Shown here piece after piece: positions 6,097-11,295 of a DNA stretch of 11,295 bases. Source of the DNA: Oligoflexia bacterium (lineage in GTDB: Bacteria; Bdellovibrionota; Bdellovibrionia; JABDDW01); contig JAYTHU010000154.1 in the NCBI GenBank assembly GCA_043732305.1, positions 1 through 11,295 on the forward strand. The letters run 5' to 3'. Position numbers and translations under genes: made by a program. Position 1 is the stretch's first letter; each line of letters opens with the position of its first letter. Below the pieces are notes generated by a model. It saw only the letters and a list, made by a program, of their open reading frames with translations, was not told where the DNA came from and did not search any database.

Positions 6097-6888
6097 GTGC
6101 TGGGAAACCACAAATTTAAAAATATTTTTGCAGGCCTATTGGTTGTGATTGCAGCACTAGGCTTTTTCTATCAAGAAAGAATTTGGGACTGGTGGGTCTT
6201 AAAAAAACTCGCTAAAGATCCCAGACCCGCAATTGCCAAATTTGAATCACTCGATAAAAAAGCAAAATTTCGTGTTCCTGAATCTGTCAGCTATTACGAC
6301 GCACATTCCGGACAATCTCTAAAAGCCCGCGACACCGTTGCGACCGAACAGGGTAATAAAACTGTTCTTAGTTTCAAGTCGGGACTGAGAGTGGAAGTTC
6401 AACCGGATTCAATGCTCATTATTAACGATGAGCCTTTAAAATCATCTGATCTTGAGTTTACATTCCTGCGTGGACAGGTCAAAATTCTCAACGACGAAAA
6501 ATCGGCAATGGCCACGCAAATGAATTTGGAAGAACCTCCTGTGGTAGCAGTCAACAAATCAAAGGGTGAAGATAAAACGCCTAAGGATGAAACCAGGAAA
6601 AAACAGCCACTTCCGGAAACCTATATCTCTTCAATGGTTCGAGATCAGAAAAACCTACTGTACCGCTGCTACGCCCTGCACCTCATTAACAATCCAAAAT
6701 CCACGGGACGTATCGACACTTCATTTATGATTGAACCTGATGGAAACGTCAGCTCAAGCCGTGTCATTGGGAGCACGATCGCTGATGGAGCACTTCAGCA
6801 GTGCGTAATCACGGTCATTTCCCGCATTCACTTCAAAGGGTTTCATGGTGACACGATGATCGTGACCTACCCGGTAAAATTCGAGTAA
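6097..6888 (+). CDS. Membrane-anchored protein with FecR-like beta region and C-terminal TonB-like (AgmX/PglI C-terminal) domain
   Basis: N-terminal TM helix, FecR-like 'DTVAT...LSF.SG..V.V.P.S.L' segment, K/E/P-rich linker, and 'RCY....GRI...F.I.PDG.V....CV...F....V.YP..F' C-terminus. Confidence 0.65.
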   Translation: MLGNHKFKNIFAGLLVVIAALGFFYQERIWDWWVLKKLAKDPRPAIAKFESLDKKAKFRVPESVSYYDAHSGQSLKARDTVATEQGNKTVLSFKSGLRVEVQPDSMLIINDEPLKSSDLEFTFLRGQVKILNDEKSAMATQMNLEEPPVVAVNKSKGEDKTPKDETRKKQPLPETYISSMVRDQKNLLYRCYALHLINNPKSTGRIDTSFMIEPDGNVSSSRVIGSTIADGALQQCVITVISRIHFKGFHGDTMIVTYPVKFE

Positions 6889-6891
6889 ATC

Positions 6892-7434
6892 TCAGCGCTT
6901 CTTTTCAAAGAGAGAATCATCCAACAAAACTTTTTCATTTTTCATGTCTTCAACGTTAAATGTGACTTCAAACTCTTGAGACACTTGCATGCCGACTCCT
7001 ATAATCATGTCGCCTCGCAGAAACTTTGCGAGCACTTCTTCACCATTAGAATAATTATCCAGAAACTCGGTTTTAATATTCAGCACTTGATTCACTCTGC
7101 GACCTTTGACGGTTTGAAATTTTCGAGCTGCCTCTAAACATTCGCGGCTGTACCAAAGAAAAAATCCAGTGCCAGACAAATTCGCACTTGTAGAAACTTT
7201 TAAAACAGATTTTTCAGATGGTTTTTCATATTGATAGGGAGAAAGCCCAGTTCTGCATTCTGGAACATCTGGCGACAGGTAATCTAATTTGAGGAGAGGA
7301 ACTCCATTTTTAGCTACAACCTGAACAGAATCCCCTTTGGAAGGATTATAAATCCGGATGCCATCGGCATTCGAATGTAAAGCAGTGGCAGAAACGATTA
7401 GAAAAATTAAAATCGGAGAAATAAAATATTTCAT
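6892..7434 (-). CDS. Hypothetical exported protein
   Basis: Start reassigned to ATG 7434 (MKYFISPILIFLIVSATALHSNA, signal peptide) with AGGAGG RBS at 7445-7450. No family recognised. Confidence 0.75.
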   Translation of the reverse strand: MKYFISPILIFLIVSATALHSNADGIRIYNPSKGDSVQVVAKNGVPLLKLDYLSPDVPECRTGLSPYQYEKPSEKSVLKVSTSANLSGTGFFLWYSRECLEAARKFQTVKGRRVNQVLNIKTEFLDNYSNGEEVLAKFLRGDMIIGVGMQVSQEFEVTFNVEDMKNEKVLLDDSLFEKKR

Positions 7435-7550
7435 AATGTGCCTTCCTCCTAAAAAACGACTTCCTCCCACTATTTTTTTAAACTACATATTGTTTAGGCT
7501 TCTTAACAAAGAGTTACAACTGTAATCATTGCAAGGTGAGTGTTAGGCGT

Positions 7551-8621
7551 TTATCTAAAATCGTTGAGATAATCTATCGTCTCTGGGACAAGAGGCTCTT
7601 CAGTTTCCAATCCAAGGATTTTCTCGCCAATTTTCTGCAAACTTTGCAGCGCTTTAGCTGGCGTAAAAAAAAGACTGTGTCCGGAAGGAAGAAGATTTTC
7701 TATTTTTAAATGACTCAAAACTTCTGTTGCAACCGAGATCTCGAGAAACCTTCGTTTAATGAGATCATCAAAACTCTTAGCGAGCTCATCGGTTGTAAAT
7801 CCGTAATTTGAAATCATATCTCGGGCTACGGTTGTCAAAGAATACATATCTATGCGCCCATATTGATACAAATCGAGAGCTGCCTGGAAAGTGGTAAAAG
7901 TGGCGAGTACTCGCCTGCCGAATTTTGCGTAATAATCTGGATCCGTGTCACTGACTAGATTGATATAAACTTTATCCACCGGGTCATTTACCGGGCAGAT
8001 TTTTTGCAATTCCAAAATGCGATTGCGCTGCTCCTTGATGGTGTGAAGAGCTTCTAAGATAGACATGAATTCTGCAGGCTGCATACGCCGACTACAAATG
8101 TCACTAAAGAGACTGTAGACCACAGCGTCGCTTTCACTGTCATCGCCAAACATGGTGAGTTGAACATTATCAGGGAGCGTCAATCGCAGTTCAAGTAGAG
8201 CTTGAACCTTGAAACCCACTTGTTGCCTCAGCCTACGAAATTTACTTGGCCGAAAATTCTTTAAATTATCTTTGAAGAAAATTCCCATCGGAGCTATCCG
8301 ATCTAGCCGCATCTTTTGGAGAATTTTTTTCTCCATTTGCGGGGGTGAGGCAGAAATGAAATAAATGGGAACACTCTTTCCAAATTTCTTTTTGGACGAA
8401 GTTTCAAGTGCTCTGATCAGAGTGGCTGTACCCGGGACATTCTTTTTTTGAAAAGCTTTTTCAAACGCGGTCTTAAACAAAGTTCTAAAAGAATCAAATT
8501 GAGTATCTAAATAGGTTTTATCTATGTCCCATAAATAAACCAAAGCTTCCGTTACGGGCTCTTGAAACTCGAAGTAAACGACGTCGTGTCGAATGAATTT
8601 TGGTTTATTAATCTCAGCCAT
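7551..8621 (-). CDS. HAD-superfamily phosphatase-like protein (App1/DUF2183-like)
   Basis: Motif I WDIDKT, motif II FISASP, conserved K (GFK) and motif IV GDDSESD. Start is either ATG 8621 or TTG 8639. Confidence 0.7.
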   Translation of the reverse strand: MAEINKPKFIRHDVVYFEFQEPVTEALVYLWDIDKTYLDTQFDSFRTLFKTAFEKAFQKKNVPGTATLIRALETSSKKKFGKSVPIYFISASPPQMEKKILQKMRLDRIAPMGIFFKDNLKNFRPSKFRRLRQQVGFKVQALLELRLTLPDNVQLTMFGDDSESDAVVYSLFSDICSRRMQPAEFMSILEALHTIKEQRNRILELQKICPVNDPVDKVYINLVSDTDPDYYAKFGRRVLATFTTFQAALDLYQYGRIDMYSLTTVARDMISNYGFTTDELAKSFDDLIKRRFLEISVATEVLSHLKIENLLPSGHSLFFTPAKALQSLQKIGEKILGLETEEPLVPETIDYLNDFR

Positions 8622-8642
8622 GAGCACGACTATATCCAAGTC

Positions 8643-9581
8643 CTAAGGTTCTAGCAACCCTTTGACGTCTTTACCGGGAATCTCAATCCACCCCTGTTTG
8701 AGTGGCAAATCTTTGGGGGGCTTTTCATTCAAGCCCATGAATTTTAAAAAACCAGTGAGAGCGCAGAAAAAAGCTTCGAACGCATCTAAGTTATGGATGA
8801 GTCGTTGATAATCCTGATGGTAAATGAAAATAAAATCACCTTCGAGCAAATGATCCAAGATGACTTGGCGACTCTCTTCTCCACCGGCCTGATGCTTGTA
8901 ATGCAGCAGATGAGACCTTGCTATCTTTAGCGATTGCCCAATCCGCAAGACAGAAAGCGCGGGATAGGATTCAAGAATTTTGATCTTGGGAAGTTTGCGC
9001 GCCAAGAGCCTTATTAAATATTGGGCCCGCGCAGCTATTGGAGCGGTATTGGAGCCCATGGCCTCCAGTGGTGGAAGTTCGGGAGCTCCCTCAGTGGCGA
9101 GGTAATATTCAACCACCCGTTGAGTGTAGGGAGTGAAAATTTTAGTGCGAACTTTTTTTCGTTTTTGTTTCTTATATTGAGACCACATCCAAGTGATTTC
9201 TTTTTCTTTACAGTGCTCGTACCCCTGGCACTGGTGTTTGCTTGTCATAGAAAGAGGAAGTTTGAGGGGAGCATCAACAGAAATACTTTCGAGCCCGATA
9301 GTCGCTTTTTCCGATGATTTTTTGGAAGCTTGTCCCAGAATTATTTCCAAAAGCTCTTGGTCGGCGGTTCGCTCGCCATCTTGTTCGATACTTTCAAAAA
9401 GGTGGGTGAGAAAGAGTTTATTTTGTTGGCTGTAAAAATCCAAAACTACGACTGCCGTGCGGTCACTTTTACCACCGGCAAGATGAAGCCCTAAAAAACG
9501 ATGGGCCTTGAGCTTGTTTTTACCACGAGTCCAACCTCGGTTGGTTTGGCTCGCAGAATTTGGAATCCCGCGCGCTTGCAT
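8643..9581 (-). CDS. DUF429-like RNase H-fold protein
   Basis: FLGLHLAGG...TAVVVL, ISVDAPL, ILESYP and DAFEAFFCALT patterns resemble DUF429 predicted nucleases. The start is uncertain. Confidence 0.6.
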   Translation of the reverse strand: MQARGIPNSASQTNRGWTRGKNKLKAHRFLGLHLAGGKSDRTAVVVLDFYSQQNKLFLTHLFESIEQDGERTADQELLEIILGQASKKSSEKATIGLESISVDAPLKLPLSMTSKHQCQGYEHCKEKEITWMWSQYKKQKRKKVRTKIFTPYTQRVVEYYLATEGAPELPPLEAMGSNTAPIAARAQYLIRLLARKLPKIKILESYPALSVLRIGQSLKIARSHLLHYKHQAGGEESRQVILDHLLEGDFIFIYHQDYQRLIHNLDAFEAFFCALTGFLKFMGLNEKPPKDLPLKQGWIEIPGKDVKGLLEP

Positions 9582-10534
9582 TCTTCCTCAAGGATACTTT
9601 TTTTATTAGGCTGGGACCACAAGAAAACACAGCCTCCACCGCCCGCACCACAGATTTTAATCGCTTCACCACCTGCGGCCTCACTTAGTTTTTTAAGTCG
9701 TTCGATTTCTGGACTTGTAAAGACTGGAGAAAGAGCTATACGCGCATCGTACTCATCTCTAAATACACGGGTCATTCCCTTGAGATCTTTTTTGAGTAAA
9801 ACCTTTTTCATCTCTAAAGCCACATCGCGCACTCTCTCTAAATTAGCGAAGGTGACTTTGTCTCCTTCAATGTGACTTTTATAAATTTGCCAGTTGTTGA
9901 GGCCAGAGTGGTGTGGTCGTCCCGTGTAAACAAGCGTCAGGCGTTCAGCAACCTGTTTCATGTTGATTGCAACCTTGCTTCGCTTGGGCCCTTCATCCGT
10001 CAATTCAATTAAATTCAAACCACCAAAGAGCGCCGGGAAATAATCCTGGCAGCCAGTTGGGGTACTGATCACTTTTGCCTCTAGATTTCCTGCCAATGAA
10101 ACGAGTGACTCTTTGGACATCTTTTGGCCCGTAAATTTTTGGAAGGCCCCACACAAACTTATATTTAAACTTGAGCTTGCGGCAATGCCCCCGCCTACAG
10201 GAGATTCACTTTGCGTGATCAAATCAAAACCTTGTTTCGGTTTCCAATACTCCGCATGCACTTTTAGAAGCATGAGATCGCGGTTATCATTCTTTTCTAA
10301 AGCTTCCAGATTCGCGTAATTTTGTTGAACGCCTGTGTCCAAACTTCGCAGAGAGATTTTTCTATCACTTCGGGGAATGATCGTCGCTCGAGTGTAGATT
10401 TCGATAGCGAGATTTGCCGTCACACAGTTTTTATGAAAAAGATAAAGCGGCCACATGTCTAAAGTGCCACCCGCCAAATCCACCCGAGTAGGCGATTGAG
10501 CAATGATAGATGGGCCGGCACTTTTCTTAGTCAT
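9491..10534 (-). CDS. GHMP-family sugar kinase, HddA (heptose-7-phosphate kinase)-like
   Basis: PTRVDLAGGTLD, PVGGGIAASS ATP loop, GCQD and KICGAGGGG motifs. Start at ATG 10534, 1 nt after the upstream stop. Confidence 0.85.
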   Translation of the reverse strand: MTKKSAGPSIIAQSPTRVDLAGGTLDMWPLYLFHKNCVTANLAIEIYTRATIIPRSDRKISLRSLDTGVQQNYANLEALEKNDNRDLMLLKVHAEYWKPKQGFDLITQSESPVGGGIAASSSLNISLCGAFQKFTGQKMSKESLVSLAGNLEAKVISTPTGCQDYFPALFGGLNLIELTDEGPKRSKVAINMKQVAERLTLVYTGRPHHSGLNNWQIYKSHIEGDKVTFANLERVRDVALEMKKVLLKKDLKGMTRVFRDEYDARIALSPVFTSPEIERLKKLSEAAGGEAIKICGAGGGGCVFLWSQPNKKSILEEECKRAGFQILRAKPTEVGLVVKTSSRPIVF

Positions 10535-10535
10535 A

Positions 10536-11295
10536 CTACTTTGACTTGTCTTGGACAAGCGTTTGCGCTGGCAGAGAATCAATAATAGTTGGATCAACGC
10601 CGAAAGATTGATGAGCTTTATCGGTCTTAGCTAAGACAGCTTTTCCCGAAGGTGTTCTTCCTTCCCACTGCAGACTGAAAACGGATTGTCCTTTGGAATC
10701 CTTCAAAACAATTTCACCCTTAGGAGAGAAAATCTTGAGAGGTGGTTTAGCCAAAAATTCCGTCACTTTTAAATCACCCAATTTGGTTAAAAGCACATCT
10801 ACCTGAGGACTGCTAACTTCTTTTTTAGCGTCGAAAGGATCAAGAATCCACTTGTCTGAACTCTTTAGTAAATGAAATTGCGCCAAGCCTGTTTTGATAG
10901 AAATATCGGTCACGTCAGTTTTTGTAAATTTCAAAACAGTTTTCTTGTCTCTAAAGTCGTCGACGTTGTGTTTAAACTGATCGGCAAAGCCAGTTCCACT
11001 CTCGGAAATAGTTTTGCTTCCAACCCACATGAAATAGCTTTCACTTTTACTTTTTTCTGAGTAGAGGAGAGTTCCAAGATCTTTTTGTCCGGGACCAGTG
11101 ATTTTGATTTCACCATCGGGATGATCTAGCTTGAACTTTTTTAGTTCTTTAGGATCACTGCCATTTTCAGAAACAAATTCTTTTGTCTTCAAATTGTCTA
11201 GTGCCGCGATGACATTATTGACGGCTTCGAGATCGGCAGATTCAATGAAAGGCTGAATCACTCCCCAAACGCCCGCTTTATTCATCAGCTCTGTC
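10536..11295 (-). CDS. DUF4340-domain periplasmic protein, C-terminal part (5' end outside window)
   Basis: The frame stays open past 11285 to the window edge. Repeated 'W....P....AD...V......L..LK..EF' unit and 'DDFRDK' linker are typical of DUF4340. Confidence 0.65.
   Translation of the reverse strand, partial: TELMNKAGVWGVIQPFIESADLEAVNNVIAALDNLKTKEFVSENGSDPKELKKFKLDHPDGEIKITGPGQKDLGTLLYSEKSKSESYFMWVGSKTISESGTGFADQFKHNVDDFRDKKTVLKFTKTDVTDISIKTGLAQFHLLKSSDKWILDPFDAKKEVSSPQVDVLLTKLGDLKVTEFLAKPPLKIFSPKGEIVLKDSKGQSVFSLQWEGRTPSGKAVLAKTDKAHQSFGVDPTIIDSLPAQTLVQDKSK

Noticed and set aside
7442..7467. Duplicated CTTCCTCC (GGAGGAAG on minus) upstream of the exported hypothetical gene
   Set aside because: One copy is the RBS; an 8-bp duplicate alone does not support a separate element.
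9021..11116. Short ORFs overlapping the DUF429, kinase and DUF4340 genes
   Set aside because: They are antisense or alternate-frame shadows with no independent support.

Overview
This bacterial window looks Bdellovibrionota/deltaproteobacterial from gene content (inference). From about 1550 to the end it is core chromosome: a metallophosphoesterase divergent from gap-pgk-tpiA-secG plus a TonB/AgmX-like membrane protein, converging on a minus-strand run of DUF4340 protein, HddA-like GHMP kinase, DUF429 protein, HAD phosphatase and a secreted hypothetical. The first ~850 bp look like the edge of an integrated element. They hold a stranded 5' half of a tRNA-Arg(CCT) gene (689-728) whose identity to an intact tRNA stops just after the anticodon loop. 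Inward from it lie an IHF-like site, two 14-bp direct repeats containing the tRNA D-loop sequence, a complete tRNA-Arg(CCT) with a different acceptor stem (457-533), a terminator, and a DUF3800 gene interrupted by an IS3-family element. The most interesting reading is an element that breaks the host tRNA-Arg(CCT) without repairing it at this junction and carries a full replacement copy inside its att arm. A frameshifted, truncated outer-membrane protein pseudogene sits just outside the junction. All family assignments come from motifs read by eye, not from database searches.
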